DNA from: an uncultured Planctomycetota bacterium
Lineage (GTDB): Bacteria; Planctomycetota; PLA2; JAEUHO01
Reading direction: 5' to 3'
Assembly: GCA_963752285.1 (NCBI GenBank)
Contig: CAVVXN010000005.1
Span: 160,001 to 224,000 of the forward strand
Length of the DNA: 64,000 bases
Under the pieces are notes generated by a model. That model had not been told where the DNA came from, made no database searches, and saw only the letters and a program-made list of their open reading frames with translations. The translations under genes were made by a program, and so were the position numbers. Position 1 is the first letter of the stretch; each line of letters opens with the position of its first letter. This document shows positions 1-9,965 of the stretch, piece by piece.

Positions 1-28
1 CGGGCGCCGGGCTGTGGACCGCAACGCG

Positions 29-631
29 TCAGCTCGGCGTGCGGGCGCGCCGGGCGGGGAGCTTGCCCCGCGCCGCGAGGCGCGCCTCGATCTCCTGGAG
101 GCGGAGGCTCTCCTCGATCTTCCGGGTGTACGTCTGCACGGTGTCGTCCGGCTGGTGCTCCAGCCGCAGGATGTCTCCGATCTGCTTCAGGAGCGCCGGA
201 TCGTCCTCCAGGCGGTAGTTGTAGCGCACCATCAGGTAGCCGACGATGTCCAGGAAGATGCGCCGGCTGAAGTACGAGCAGATCGCGTGCATCGCGACGG
301 TGATGGCGACCATCGCCACCACGGCGAAGGCCAGGTAGTAGCCCGCGTCCGCCAGGGCCGCCTGGGAGTCGTTGCTGGCCGAGGCGTGTTGGGACTGCCG
401 GATCAGCACGTAGAGGTGGATCCCCACCCCGATCAGCACGAAGGAGAAGCCAACGATGCTCTCCAGGCGCTGCATGAAGAAGTTCCGGAAGTGCTTGACC
501 TTGTCGATCTCGAGCCCGAGCAGCTCCTTCATGGCCCCCTTCTCCCGCTTGCCGGTCAGGGCGCGGGAGAGGAAGAAGACCCCGAGGAGGATCGCCAGCC
601 AGGCGATGATCTGACGCTCGACGTATTGCAC
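29..631 (-). CDS. Hypothetical membrane protein (~200 aa, about 3 TM segments)
   Basis: C-terminal part of track ORF 29..1570. GTG at 631 opens QYVERQIIAWLAILLGVFF, followed by hydrophobic segments and normal amino-acid composition. TACGGT lies 7 nt upstream. Confidence 0.75.
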   Translation of the reverse strand: MQYVERQIIAWLAILLGVFFLSRALTGKREKGAMKELLGLEIDKVKHFRNFFMQRLESIVGFSFVLIGVGIHLYVLIRQSQHASASNDSQAALADAGYYLAFAVVAMVAITVAMHAICSYFSRRIFLDIVGYLMVRYNYRLEDDPALLKQIGDILRLEHQPDDTVQTYTRKIEESLRLQEIEARLAARGKLPARRARTPS

Positions 632-715
632 GGCGCCGACCGTAGCCGTCCGCCCCCCGGGAGGCAAGGCGTCGGGAGGCCGCTCCCGCCCGGCGGCGCG
701 GGTAGGCTGCCCGCC

Positions 716-1408
716 GTGGAGAACGTGCGCCGGGAGCTCGAGCGGCTGGGGCGCGCCTTGGTGCGGCGTCGGGCCCGCGCGGCCGCCGAGCGCTTCGGCC
801 TCGTCGTGCTCCTGTTGCTCGTCCTCGGCGCCGCCGCGAGCCGCTGGCTCGGCCCGTTCTGGCCGTTCGACCGGCTGGAGGGTCGCGTCCTCCCCGCGCT
901 CGTCCTCGCGGGGGGGATCCTCCTCCTGGTCCCGACCCTGGCCCGGCTCGCCGTGCTCCTCCGCCTGCGGGTCCCGACGCGCCGCCTCGCCCGACGACTG
1001 GACGACGAGCACGGCTGGCGCGACGCGACGGACACCGCCCTCTCCCTCGACGCAGAAGCGCCCGGGCCCGTCGGGCGCTTCCTCGCCGCGCAGTCCGCGG
1101 GGCGGCTCGGCGACCTCGACCCCGCGCGGCTCCTTCCCACCCGGCCCCCGCGGCGCTGGCCGTTGCGGGTCCTCGCCGTCCTGCTCCTGCTCGTCCTGCT
1201 CCTCCCCGGAGTCGTCGGTCTCCCCGGCCGTGCCGGCGCGGGCCGCCGCCCGTCGGAGGGCGAGCCGGTGCCGCTCGTGGGCACACCCATCGACCTCTGG
1301 CTCCGGAGCCACGCCCGGGAGCCGCTCCCCGCGGAGCCCCTCCCGCCGCGTGCGGAGTCCTCGGCGCCCGGGCCCGCCGCGCCCGCGCCGGGCGGGGGGG
1401 CTCGATGA
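716..1408 (+). CDS. Membrane protein resembling the N-terminus of DUF4175-type proteins
   Basis: GTG at 716 (VENVRRELERL...). Three hydrophobic segments plus LARRLDDEHGWRDATDTAL, similar to LALAVEHRYQGLGDRLAAAL in 39231..41864. Stop overlaps the next start (ATGA). Confidence 0.65.
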   Translation: MENVRRELERLGRALVRRRARAAAERFGLVVLLLLVLGAAASRWLGPFWPFDRLEGRVLPALVLAGGILLLVPTLARLAVLLRLRVPTRRLARRLDDEHGWRDATDTALSLDAEAPGPVGRFLAAQSAGRLGDLDPARLLPTRPPRRWPLRVLAVLLLLVLLLPGVVGLPGRAGAGRRPSEGEPVPLVGTPIDLWLRSHAREPLPAEPLPPRAESSAPGPAAPAPGGGAR

Positions 1409-2703
1409 CGCGCTCCGGCCGGTACGCACGCCGCCGGCTCGCGGCCCTGCTCCCCGCGCTCTTCGCGGCGGCCCTCCTCGGTGGCCGGGCCGGCACGGCC
1501 CCCGCGCGCGCCGCGCCGGCCGAGCCGGGCGCGGTCGTGTGGACGTCGGACCTCGACCGCGCGTACGCACAGGCCCGCGCGCAGGGGACCGCGGTCTTCC
1601 TCGCCGTGCACTACCGCGGCGGGGCGGGCGCGCCGACGGGGCGCGCCGATCCCGAAGCCTGGCGCGCGGTCTACGACGATCCGCGGGTCGCGCGCGCGGC
1701 CCGGGGCTTCGTCGCCTGCCAGCGCGTGCGCTCCCTCCCCCCCGACGCCGACGCGCGGCCCCGCGCGCCCGACCACCTCGTCCTCGCCCCGGACGGTCGG
1801 GTCCTCGCCCGGCTCGACGGCGGGACGGTCGCGCCCGGGGAGGCCGCCGTGCTCGCCCTCGTGGACCTCCTCGACCGCGGCCGCCGCCAGCTCGGCACCG
1901 GGCGCGCCGAGGGCCCGACCGCCCCCCCGGCCGCTCCCGGGTCGGCCGACGCGAGTGGCGCAGGCGCGGTGCCCGGCCCGCTCGGCCTGGCGCCGCGGGC
2001 GCGTGGTGTCCGCGTGCACCTCGGCTTCCTCGGCGTGCTCCCGCCCGTCCCGGGCGGCGCCGGCGCGCTCGACGCGCGGGTGCTCGCCGCGTGGGACCGG
2101 AAGCCTCCGGTCGACGTGGGCCGGGTCCGGATCCGGTCGGGTGTCGCGGCGCCGGACCTCCCCGTGGACGTGCCCTTCGCGTCGCTCGGAGCGGACGACC
2201 CGCTCCCGCGCGGTCCGCACGAGATCGCCGTGTGGATCGCCCCGGCGCCGGGTGGGTACCGCTTCGCCGACGCGCCGATCTACCTCGGCCTCGTCCGGAT
2301 CGACGTGGGCGAGGGCGGCGGCGGGGGCGGTGGCGCGTCGGGCCCGAGGCCCGACCCGACCGAGCCCCAGCCGCCGCCGTCGCCGGCCGCGCCGAAGGGC
2401 GCTGGGGAGAAGGCGCCGCCGCCGCCGAAGCCGCCCGGTCCGACCGAGGTCGTCCAGCCGTTCGTGCGCGACCCCGACGCCCCGCGCGTGAAGAAGGAGG
2501 ACGCCCTCGTCGCGGTGCCCGACCCCGACCACGCGCTCCGTCCGCCGTCCACGGTGCCGCTCTCCGACGCGCTGAGGGACCTCGACCGGGTGATCGAGCA
2601 CGCGATGGGCGACGAGCACGTCTCGGCCGCGGACCGCGCGTACCTGGTCCGGTACTTCGAGGCGCTCCGTCGGGCGGCGGGCGCCGGCGAGGGGCCGCGG
2701 TGA
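1405..2703 (+). CDS. Exported hypothetical protein with a CxxC-less thioredoxin-like N-domain, Pro-rich linker and C-terminal helix (VSAADRAYLVRYFEAL)
   Basis: Signal peptide-like N-terminus; WTSDLDRAYAQARAQGTAVF and PDHLVLAPDG motifs; 4-nt overlaps with both neighbours. Confidence 0.65.
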   Translation: MTRSGRYARRRLAALLPALFAAALLGGRAGTAPARAAPAEPGAVVWTSDLDRAYAQARAQGTAVFLAVHYRGGAGAPTGRADPEAWRAVYDDPRVARAARGFVACQRVRSLPPDADARPRAPDHLVLAPDGRVLARLDGGTVAPGEAAVLALVDLLDRGRRQLGTGRAEGPTAPPAAPGSADASGAGAVPGPLGLAPRARGVRVHLGFLGVLPPVPGGAGALDARVLAAWDRKPPVDVGRVRIRSGVAAPDLPVDVPFASLGADDPLPRGPHEIAVWIAPAPGGYRFADAPIYLGLVRIDVGEGGGGGGGASGPRPDPTEPQPPPSPAAPKGAGEKAPPPPKPPGPTEVVQPFVRDPDAPRVKKEDALVAVPDPDHALRPPSTVPLSDALRDLDRVIEHAMGDEHVSAADRAYLVRYFEALRRAAGAGEGPR

Positions 2704-3575
2704 GCGCCCTCCTCTCGCCGGCCGACCTGCGCCGACTCGACCGCCTCGGGGTGCGACGGCGGCGGAGCGTCCGCGGAGGCGCGCCCGGCGAGTGGCAGAG
2801 CCGGCGGTACGGCGCGTACGGCCTCTTCGCGGACCACCGGCCGTACTCGCCGGGCGACGACCTGAGGTACGTGGACTGGAACGTGTACGGTAGGCTGGGC
2901 GAGCTCTTCGTGAAACGCTTCGAGGCCGAGGAGAACGTGGACCTCGTCCTCTTCCTCGACCGCAGCCTCTCGATGTCGGGCCCGAAGGCGCTCGCCGCGC
3001 GCCGGATCGCCGGCGCGCTCGGCTATCTCGCGCTGACGCACCTCGACCACGTGCGCCTCGCGTGGCTCCCGGCGCCGGACGCGGGCCCTTCCGTGGGCGA
3101 CTACCGGGCGCGCTCGCGCGCCCAGGCGTTCCTCCGGGACCTCGAGCAGACGGGCGAGGGCGGCCGGACGGACCACGTGAGGGACCTGGGACGCGTCGTC
3201 GGCGCGATCCGCCGGCGCGGGCTCGCGGTCTTCGTGAGCGACCTCTTCGATCCGGTGGGCGCGATCCGCGGTCTCTCGCTCCTGCGCGGCATGGGCTTGT
3301 CGCTCTCGACGTTGCACGTGGTCGACCCGGCCGACGCCGCGCTCCCCGACGGCCACTCGTTCGTCGCCGTGGACCGGGAGACGGGCGAGAGCGTCGCGCT
3401 CGACGTGACCGACGAGCTCCGGCGCGGCGTGTACGAGGCGTGGGAGCGCCGCGCGACCGCGGTGATGCGCTGGTGTCGCGCGCACGAGGTCGCGTACCTG
3501 CGGGTGGACGCGCGGCAGAGCCTGTGGAGCGCGCTCCGGGACGCGCTTCGCGCGCGCGTCGCGATCGAGGCATGA
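2700..3575 (+). CDS. DUF58 family vWA-like protein
   Basis: [39 protein letters not shown] (DxSxS) and VSDLFD motifs; GTG overlaps the upstream stop. Confidence 0.9.
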   Translation: MSALLSPADLRRLDRLGVRRRRSVRGGAPGEWQSRRYGAYGLFADHRPYSPGDDLRYVDWNVYGRLGELFVKRFEAEENVDLVLFLDRSLSMSGPKALAARRIAGALGYLALTHLDHVRLAWLPAPDAGPSVGDYRARSRAQAFLRDLEQTGEGGRTDHVRDLGRVVGAIRRRGLAVFVSDLFDPVGAIRGLSLLRGMGLSLSTLHVVDPADAALPDGHSFVAVDRETGESVALDVTDELRRGVYEAWERRATAVMRWCRAHEVAYLRVDARQSLWSALRDALRARVAIEA

Positions 3576-5524
3576 ACGGGTTCCTCGCCCCTCGGCTCGC
3601 GGCCCTCGGACTGCAGGCGCCCGCCGCGCTCGGCGTACTCGCCCTCGGCGTTCCGCTCGTGCTCCTCCACCTGTACCGGCGCCGGCGCGTGACCGTCGCG
3701 TTCCTGGGCCTCTTCACGGAGGCGCGCGGTCCCCGCCGCGCGGGGGCGGGCTTCCAGCGGGTGCGGGAGCGCGTGTCGCTCGCAGCGCGACTCGCGGCGC
3801 TCGCGCTCCTCGCGCTGGCGCTCGCCGGTCTCGCCCCGCGCGGAACGCGCGCGCCCGAGGAGGCGCTCGTGCTGGTCCTCGACGGGGACGCGACCGTCCA
3901 GGCGCGCGAAGGCGACGGGCGCACGCGCTGGGAGCACGAGGTGGACCTCGCGAGCGCCTGGGTCGGGAGTCGGCCCTGGCGGGCCGTCGCGGTGGTGGAG
4001 GCCGCCGGCGCGCCGAGGACGCTCGCGCCGCCCGGCCCTCCGGAGGCGGCGCGCGCCCGGCTCGCCCGGGTGACGGGCCCGGAGAGCGCGGGCCGGGGCG
4101 ACCTCGAGGCCGCGCTCGACGACGCACGCCGGGCGGCGAGGCGCCTCGCGCCCGCGCGGGTCCTCGCTTTGACCGCGCGCCCGCTCGACGTCCCACCCGA
4201 CGAGCCCGGCGTCTCGTTCTCGGCCCTCGGCGCCGGCGCGACGCGTCGCGAGCAGGGCTTCGTCTCGCTCGACGTGCTCCGCGCGGACGACGGCGTGCGC
4301 CGCCGCCTTCGAGCGCGCGTGCGGAACGAGGACGACGCGCCGGCCCGGCGCGACCTCGTCGTGCGTCTCGGCGACGCCGAGGTCGAGCGACGCGTTCTCG
4401 ACCTCGCGCCCGGCGCGACCGAGGTGGTCGACGTGGTGGTGCTCCCGCCGCGCGGCGGCGCGTACGCCCGTCTGGAACTCGAGGGCGGGGACGCGTATCC
4501 CGACGACGACCGGGTCGTCGCCTGGCTCGCCCCGCCTGCGAGGCCGTCGGTCCTCGTGGTCCACGCGGGCGCGGTCCGTCCCTACACCCGCGCGGTCCTC
4601 GAGGCGATGGGGGACGGGCTCGACCTCGCCCGATCGGGCACGGTGGACGTGCAGGACCTCGCGCGGGCGGACCTCGCCGACGTCACGATCGTGGACGGCG
4701 TCGCGCTCCCCGACGGCGCGCTCCGTCCCGGAGCGTGGCTCTTCCTCGCCCCGCTCGCGGGCGCGCTGCCCTTCGAGGTCGGTGTCCCGGTGGACGACCC
4801 GCTCGTCTGGCGGACCGCGCCCGACCACCCTCTCGTGCGCGACATCGACCTCGGCTCGGCGTGGATCGCGCGGGCCGACCCCGTGTCGGGGCCCGGCGTG
4901 GTGGCCCTCGCCGAGGCGGACGGGCGCGCGGTCCTCGCCGAGGGCGAGCGGGACCGCGTGCGGTACGTGGTGCTCGGCCTTCGGCCGGAGGCGTCCGACC
5001 TGCCGGTGCGGGCCGCGTTCCCGCTCCTCGTCCGAAACGCGATCCGGCGCCTGGCGCGGGGTCCCGTGGAACTGCTGCCGTCCTTCCTCGTGCCCGGAGA
5101 GGCGCTCGTGCCGCGCGCGCCGCTGCCGGGTGCCGGCCCCGCGGGCGTGGCGGAGGCGACCGTCGCGTGGGACGGCGCCTCCGAGGGTGCGCGGCTCGCC
5201 CCCGACGCGGCCGACTGGCGCGTCCCCGCCGGCGCGCGCGGGGAGGTCCGGGTCTCGACCGCCTCGGGCCTCGCCGCCCGGACGGCGTTCGTGGACGTGG
5301 ACCCGGGGCGGCGGATCGCGCCCGTGCGGCCGCCCGCGGTCGCGCCGGCGGCCGCCGCGCCGGTGCCCGACGACCTCGTGCGTTGGCGGCGTGCGCTCGT
5401 GACGCTCGCGTTGTTGCTGCTCCTGGCGGACGTCGCGCTCGTCGTCGCCGCGCGCGCCGGCGCGCGGGCTCCGGGCCTCCCGTCCGTGAGGGAGGAACTT
5501 GCCCCCCCGGCGCGCGTCGCGTAA
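3572..5524 (+). CDS. BatA-domain / degenerate vWA membrane protein
   Basis: N-terminal [12 protein letters not shown]...[14 protein letters not shown] (BatA-like); [15 protein letters not shown] motif; C-terminal TM; MIDAS position reads DGDAT. Confidence 0.75.
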   Translation: MNGFLAPRLAALGLQAPAALGVLALGVPLVLLHLYRRRRVTVAFLGLFTEARGPRRAGAGFQRVRERVSLAARLAALALLALALAGLAPRGTRAPEEALVLVLDGDATVQAREGDGRTRWEHEVDLASAWVGSRPWRAVAVVEAAGAPRTLAPPGPPEAARARLARVTGPESAGRGDLEAALDDARRAARRLAPARVLALTARPLDVPPDEPGVSFSALGAGATRREQGFVSLDVLRADDGVRRRLRARVRNEDDAPARRDLVVRLGDAEVERRVLDLAPGATEVVDVVVLPPRGGAYARLELEGGDAYPDDDRVVAWLAPPARPSVLVVHAGAVRPYTRAVLEAMGDGLDLARSGTVDVQDLARADLADVTIVDGVALPDGALRPGAWLFLAPLAGALPFEVGVPVDDPLVWRTAPDHPLVRDIDLGSAWIARADPVSGPGVVALAEADGRAVLAEGERDRVRYVVLGLRPEASDLPVRAAFPLLVRNAIRRLARGPVELLPSFLVPGEALVPRAPLPGAGPAGVAEATVAWDGASEGARLAPDAADWRVPAGARGEVRVSTASGLAARTAFVDVDPGRRIAPVRPPAVAPAAAAPVPDDLVRWRRALVTLALLLLLADVALVVAARAGARAPGLPSVREELAPPARVA

Positions 5525-5527
5525 AAA
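5499..5527 (+). promoter_or_regulatory. Putative sigma70-type promoter for guaB (TTGCCC-N17-TAAAAA)
   Basis: 17-nt spacing; the -10 box overlaps the upstream TAA stop and ends 5 nt before the guaB ATG. The -10 lacks the final T. Confidence 0.3.
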
Positions 5528-5532
5528 CCGTC

Positions 5533-6996
5533 ATGGAAAAGCGACTGCTCGGGGAAGCTCTCACCTTCGACGACGTGCTGCTCGTCCCGGCGTTCAGCGC
5601 GCTCGTGCCGTCGGACGCCGACGTCCGCACGCGCTTCACGCGCCACACGCCTCTCAACGTCCCCATCGTCTCCGCCGCGATGGACACGGTGACGGAGAGC
5701 GAGCTCGCGATCTCGCTCGCGCGACTGGGCGGGATCGGCGTCATCCACAAGAACCTGTCGCCCGAGCGCCAGGCGCTCCAGGTGACGCGCGTCAAACGCA
5801 GCGTGAACGGCGTGATCGCCGATCCCGTGACGTTGCCCCCGGAGGCGCCGATCGGCCGCGCGCGCGAGCTGATGGACGTCCACCGCATCTCGGGGGTCCC
5901 GATCGTGGACGCGGGCGGCACCGTGGTCGGGATCCTGACCACCCGCGACCTGCGGTTCGTCCAGGGCGACGAGAAGGTCGGCGACGTGATGACGTCCGCC
6001 GACCTCGTGACCGCGCCGCCCGAGACGGACCTCGCGCACGCCCGCGAGATCCTGCGACACGCGAAGGTCGAGAAGCTCCTCCTCGTGGACCGCGACCGGC
6101 GGTTGCGCGGTCTCATCACGATCCGCGACCTGGACAACCTGGAGCGCTACCCCGCGGCGAACCTCGACCCGAAGGGCCGGCTCCTGGTCGGCGCCGCCGT
6201 GGGCGTGTTCGACGACGAGCGCGTGGCCGCCATCGTCGCGGCGCACGTGGACGTCGTGGTGATCGACACGGCCCACGGGCACTCGAAGAACGTCCTCCAG
6301 GCGCTCGAGCGCTACAAGACGGCGCATCCCAACGTGGACGTCGTCGCGGGCAACGTGGCGACGGAGGAGGCGGCGCGCGACCTGGTCGCCGCGGGCGCCG
6401 ACGCGGTGAAGGTCGGCGTCGGCCCCGGCGCGATCTGCACGACCCGCGTGATCGCCGGCGCCGGCGTGCCGCAGCTCAGTGCGATCTCGGCCGTCGCTGG
6501 GGCGCTCGAGGACACCGACGTCCCGGTCATCGCGGACGGCGGCATCCGGTACAGCGGGGACATCGTGAAGGCGCTCGCGGCCGGCGCGCACTCGGTGATG
6601 CTGGGGAGCCTCCTCGCGGGCGTGGAGGAGAGCCCCGGCGAGGTCATCTACTTCCGCGGTCGCACGTTCAAGGCCGTGCGCGGCATGGGCAGCGTGGGCG
6701 CCATGATGGCCGGCAGCGCCGACCGCTACGGCCAGGGCGACGTGCACCAGCGCGAGAAGTTCGTGCCGGAGGGCGTGGAGGGCCGGGTCCCGTACAAGGG
6801 ACCGCTCGGCACGCTCCTCTACCAGCTCGTGGGCGGTGTTCGGAGCGGGATGGGATACGTGGGTTGCGCGTCGATCGACGAGCTCCGCACGAAGCCGCGC
6901 TTCGTGCGCCTGACGCTGGCGGGGCTCCACGAGTCGCACCCGCACGACGTCCAGATCACCCGCGAGGCCCCGAACTACCTGATCGAAGAGCCCTGA
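5533..6996 (+). CDS. guaB: IMP dehydrogenase with CBS pair
   Basis: [35 protein letters not shown], catalytic [28 protein letters not shown]. Confidence 0.97.
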   Translation: MEKRLLGEALTFDDVLLVPAFSALVPSDADVRTRFTRHTPLNVPIVSAAMDTVTESELAISLARLGGIGVIHKNLSPERQALQVTRVKRSVNGVIADPVTLPPEAPIGRARELMDVHRISGVPIVDAGGTVVGILTTRDLRFVQGDEKVGDVMTSADLVTAPPETDLAHAREILRHAKVEKLLLVDRDRRLRGLITIRDLDNLERYPAANLDPKGRLLVGAAVGVFDDERVAAIVAAHVDVVVIDTAHGHSKNVLQALERYKTAHPNVDVVAGNVATEEAARDLVAAGADAVKVGVGPGAICTTRVIAGAGVPQLSAISAVAGALEDTDVPVIADGGIRYSGDIVKALAAGAHSVMLGSLLAGVEESPGEVIYFRGRTFKAVRGMGSVGAMMAGSADRYGQGDVHQREKFVPEGVEGRVPYKGPLGTLLYQLVGGVRSGMGYVGCASIDELRTKPRFVRLTLAGLHESHPHDVQITREAPNYLIEEP

Positions 6997-6998
6997 CC

Positions 6999-8540
6999 GT
7001 GTCGCACGAGCGCTTCCTCATCGTGGACCTGGGCAGCCAGTACGCCCAGCTCATCGCGCGGCGCGTCCGGGAGCACCGCTGCTACGCCGAGATCGTGCTC
7101 CCGAACGTCTCGCTCGACCGCGTGCGCGAGGCGAAGGGCGTCATCCTCTCGGGCAGCCCGTGGAGCGCGTACGACCCGCGGGCGCCGCGCGTCGATCCCG
7201 CGCTCTTCTCGTCGGGCGTGCCCGTGCTCGGCATCTGCTACGGCATGCAGCTCATGGCGGCGCTGCTCGGGGGCGAGGTCGAGCGGGCGCGCGCGCGCGA
7301 GTACGGCCCCGCCCGCATCTCGGTGCGACCCGGCGGCGGTGGGCTCTTCACGGGCCTCGGTCCGGAGCTCGACGTCTGGATGAGCCACGGCGACCGGGTC
7401 GAGCGACCGCCGGACGGGTTCGAGGACATCGCGTCCACGCCCAACGCGCCGCACGCCGCGGTGCGCGACCCCGCGCGCCGCCTCTACGGCGTGCAGTTCC
7501 ACCCCGAGGTGACCCACACGCCCCAGGGCTCCGACATCCTGGGCAACTTCCTCTACGAGGTGTGCGGCGCGTCGGGCGACTGGCGCATGAGCGCCTTCAT
7601 CGAGGAGGCGACCCGGCGCATCGCCGACCAGGTCGCCCCCGACGAGCAGGTGATCTGCGGGCTCTCGGGCGGCGTGGACTCCACGGTGGCGGCCGTGCTG
7701 GTCCACGCGGCGGTGGGCGACCGCCTCACGTGCATCTTCGTGGACAACGGCCTCCTCCGGAAGGACGAGGCGGAGGAGGTGGACCGCGCGTTCCGCGAAC
7801 GGTTCCGGATCGCCTTCCGTCACGTGGACGCGGGTGTGCTCTTCCTGCGGGACCTCCTCGGCGTCACCGATCCCGAAGAGAAGCGCCGGCGGATCGGCCA
7901 CCGGTTCGTCCGGGTGTTCGAGGAAGAGGCGAAGACCGTCGAGAACGTGCAGTGGCTCGCGCAGGGCACGCTCTACCCGGACGTGATCGAGTCGCAGTCG
8001 GCGTTCGGCGGTCCGTCCGTCACGATCAAGACCCACCACAACGTGGGGGGGCTCCCGGACGAGCTGGGGTTCCGGCTCCTCGAGCCCTTCCGGGACCTCT
8101 TCAAGGACGAGGTGCGTGCGATCGGCCGGGAGCTCGGCGTTCCCGACGCCATCGTGGACCGCCAGCCCTTTCCCGGCCCGGGCCTCGCCGTGCGGGTGGC
8201 AGGGGAGGTGACGGCGGAGCGGCTGGAGATCCTGAGGGAGGCGGACGCGATCGTGCGGGAGGAGATCGAGCGGACCGGCGCGCATCGGCGGCTCTGGCAG
8301 TACTTCGCCGTGCTCGTGCCCGTGAAGACCGTGGGGGTGATGGGGGACGAGCGGACGTACGAGAACATCGTCGCCGTGCGGGCGGTCGAGAGCACCGACG
8401 CGATGACCGCGGACTGGGCCGATCTGGGCAAGCCCTTGCTCACCCGGCTCGCGAACCGGATCATCAACGAGGTCCGCGGCGTGAACCGCGTCGTGTACGA
8501 CGTGTCCACGAAGCCGCCCTCGACGATCGAGTGGGAGTGA
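6999..8540 (+). CDS. guaA: GMP synthase (glutamine-hydrolysing)
   Basis: GSQYAQLIARRVRE, GICYGMQ, QFHPEV, SGGVDS, IKTHHNVGG, PFPGPGL and terminal KPPSTIEWE. Confidence 0.97.
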   Translation: MSHERFLIVDLGSQYAQLIARRVREHRCYAEIVLPNVSLDRVREAKGVILSGSPWSAYDPRAPRVDPALFSSGVPVLGICYGMQLMAALLGGEVERARAREYGPARISVRPGGGGLFTGLGPELDVWMSHGDRVERPPDGFEDIASTPNAPHAAVRDPARRLYGVQFHPEVTHTPQGSDILGNFLYEVCGASGDWRMSAFIEEATRRIADQVAPDEQVICGLSGGVDSTVAAVLVHAAVGDRLTCIFVDNGLLRKDEAEEVDRAFRERFRIAFRHVDAGVLFLRDLLGVTDPEEKRRRIGHRFVRVFEEEAKTVENVQWLAQGTLYPDVIESQSAFGGPSVTIKTHHNVGGLPDELGFRLLEPFRDLFKDEVRAIGRELGVPDAIVDRQPFPGPGLAVRVAGEVTAERLEILREADAIVREEIERTGAHRRLWQYFAVLVPVKTVGVMGDERTYENIVAVRAVESTDAMTADWADLGKPLLTRLANRIINEVRGVNRVVYDVSTKPPSTIEWE

Positions 8541-8542
8541 GG

Positions 8543-8974
8543 ATGAACGACCCCGAGAACGCCTCCGGCATCGACGACCGCTACCCGCGCCTCCACTGGC
8601 GGCTCGACCCGCCGACCTGGAGCGCCTTCCGGCGCTTCGGGGTGACGCAGGACGTCGAGGCGGGGCACGTGGTCTTCTCCGAGGGGACGCCGTCGATCTC
8701 ACTCGTCCTCGTCGCCGAGGGGGAGCTCGTGATCAGCCGGGCCGGCCGCGAGCTCGCCCGCGTCGGCGAGAACTACTCGGTGGGGGAGATGGGCCTCCTC
8801 CTCGACATGCCGCGCGCCGCGACCGCGACCGCGAGCCGACCGACGAAGGTGCTCGAGCTCTCCCGCGCCGACCTCCTCCGGATGCAGGAGGAGGCGCCGC
8901 TCGTCTCGACGAGGCTCTATCGCGTCCTGGCGGAGTGCCTGGCGGACTACCTCCACCGCGAGTCGCGAAAGTAG
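8543..8974 (+). CDS. Stand-alone cyclic nucleotide-binding domain protein (no HTH)
   Basis: VFSEG...EGELVI...VGEMGLLLDMPRAATATA phosphate-binding cassette; 143 aa; ATG 2 nt after the guaA stop. Confidence 0.85.
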   Translation: MNDPENASGIDDRYPRLHWRLDPPTWSAFRRFGVTQDVEAGHVVFSEGTPSISLVLVAEGELVISRAGRELARVGENYSVGEMGLLLDMPRAATATASRPTKVLELSRADLLRMQEEAPLVSTRLYRVLAECLADYLHRESRK

Positions 8975-9002
8975 CCCGGCCGGGCCCGGGTGCCGGGACG
9001 GC

Positions 9003-9581
9003 CTACGGAGCCGGGGCGGCCTTGCCGTTCGCGCCGGACGGCGCGAAGAAGTGCTGCCGGTAGTACCGGAGCTCCTCGATCGACTCGTGCACGTCGGCGC
9101 GCGCCTCGTGGAGGTTCGCCTTCGCGGGCGGGTGGAACCGACGGGGGTACCAGCGCCGAATCATCTCCTTGAGGGTGGAGACGTCCACGTTCCGGTAGTG
9201 GAGGAAGTCGTGGAGCCGGCGCATGTGCCGCCAGAGGAACGCGCGGTCCGTGTGCACGGAGTTGCCGCAGAGCGGCGACGCCCGGGGCGGGCACCACCGC
9301 CCGAGGAACGCGAGGGTCTGTTCCTCGGCCTCGGCGAGCGTCACGGTCGAGGCCCGGACCCTCTCCAGGAGCCCCGACCGGGTGAACTGCTCGCGACTCC
9401 ACTCCGAGAGCGTCCCGAGCTCGCCCTCCCCGTGGTGGATCACCAGGTGGGGGCCCTCCGCGAGGATCTCGAGGTCCCCGTTCGTGACCAGGGTCGCGAT
9501 CTCCACGATGTGGCACCGGTCCGGGTCCAGACCGGTCATCTCGAGGTCGATCCACACGAGCGGCGCGTCGGGCTCTTCCAT
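9003..9581 (-). CDS. orn: Oligoribonuclease (DEDDh)
   Basis: LVWIDLEMTGLD, PLCGNSVHTDRAFL, HYRNVDVSTLKE, HEARADVHESIEELRYYR. Confidence 0.95.
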   Translation of the reverse strand: MEEPDAPLVWIDLEMTGLDPDRCHIVEIATLVTNGDLEILAEGPHLVIHHGEGELGTLSEWSREQFTRSGLLERVRASTVTLAEAEEQTLAFLGRWCPPRASPLCGNSVHTDRAFLWRHMRRLHDFLHYRNVDVSTLKEMIRRWYPRRFHPPAKANLHEARADVHESIEELRYYRQHFFAPSGANGKAAPAP

Positions 9582-9676
9582 GGTCGGGCGGAGTGTAGCC
9601 GATGGCCCCCACGCCCCCGCCCACCGCACGGGCGCCGCCCCCGCCCCCCGACCGAAGCCCCCCCGCCCCCCCCCCG

Positions 9677-9836
9677 CCGCCGCCGCGATGCGGCGAGGCC
9701 GAAGGCCAAAGCCGCGAGCCCGCCCCCGCCCCGCCGCCGCCGCGATGCGGCGAGGCCGAAGGCCAAAGCCGCGAGCCCGCCCGCCCCCCGCCGCCGCGAT
9801 GCGGCGAGGCCGAAGGCCAAAGCCGCGAGCCCGCCC
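9677..9836. repeat. Three identical 49-nt REP-like direct repeats (starts 9677, 9734, 9788)
   Basis: Unit CCGCCGCCGCGATGCGGCGAGGCCGAAGGCCAAAGCCGCGAGCCCGCCC; each contains the hairpin GCGGC-GA-GGCC-GAA-GGCC-AAA-GCCGC. Confidence 0.9.
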
Positions 9837-9858
9837 CCGCCGCGAACACGGTTGCGCC

Positions 9859-9965
9859 CGGCGGCCGGCGGAGGTGCGTGCGGAGTGGTCCTGACGACGA
9901 CGCCGCGTGCGAATGCACGCAAGGAGGAGGAAGGGCCGCTCCGTGCGTGCCTCCGCCGGCCGCCG
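9859..9965 (+). ncRNA. Candidate structured RNA or palindromic element: 34-bp stem with 6 G-U pairs, purine-rich internal loop and apical GCGTGC-GAAT-GCACGC hairpin
   Basis: Arms 9859-9892 and 9932-9965 pair completely on the + strand if G-U is allowed. Confidence 0.5.

Noticed and set aside
9677..9836. Triple direct repeat considered as a CRISPR array
   Set aside because: The linkers are only 8 and 5 nt and low-complexity rather than unique 25-45 nt spacers, and no cas genes are present in the window.
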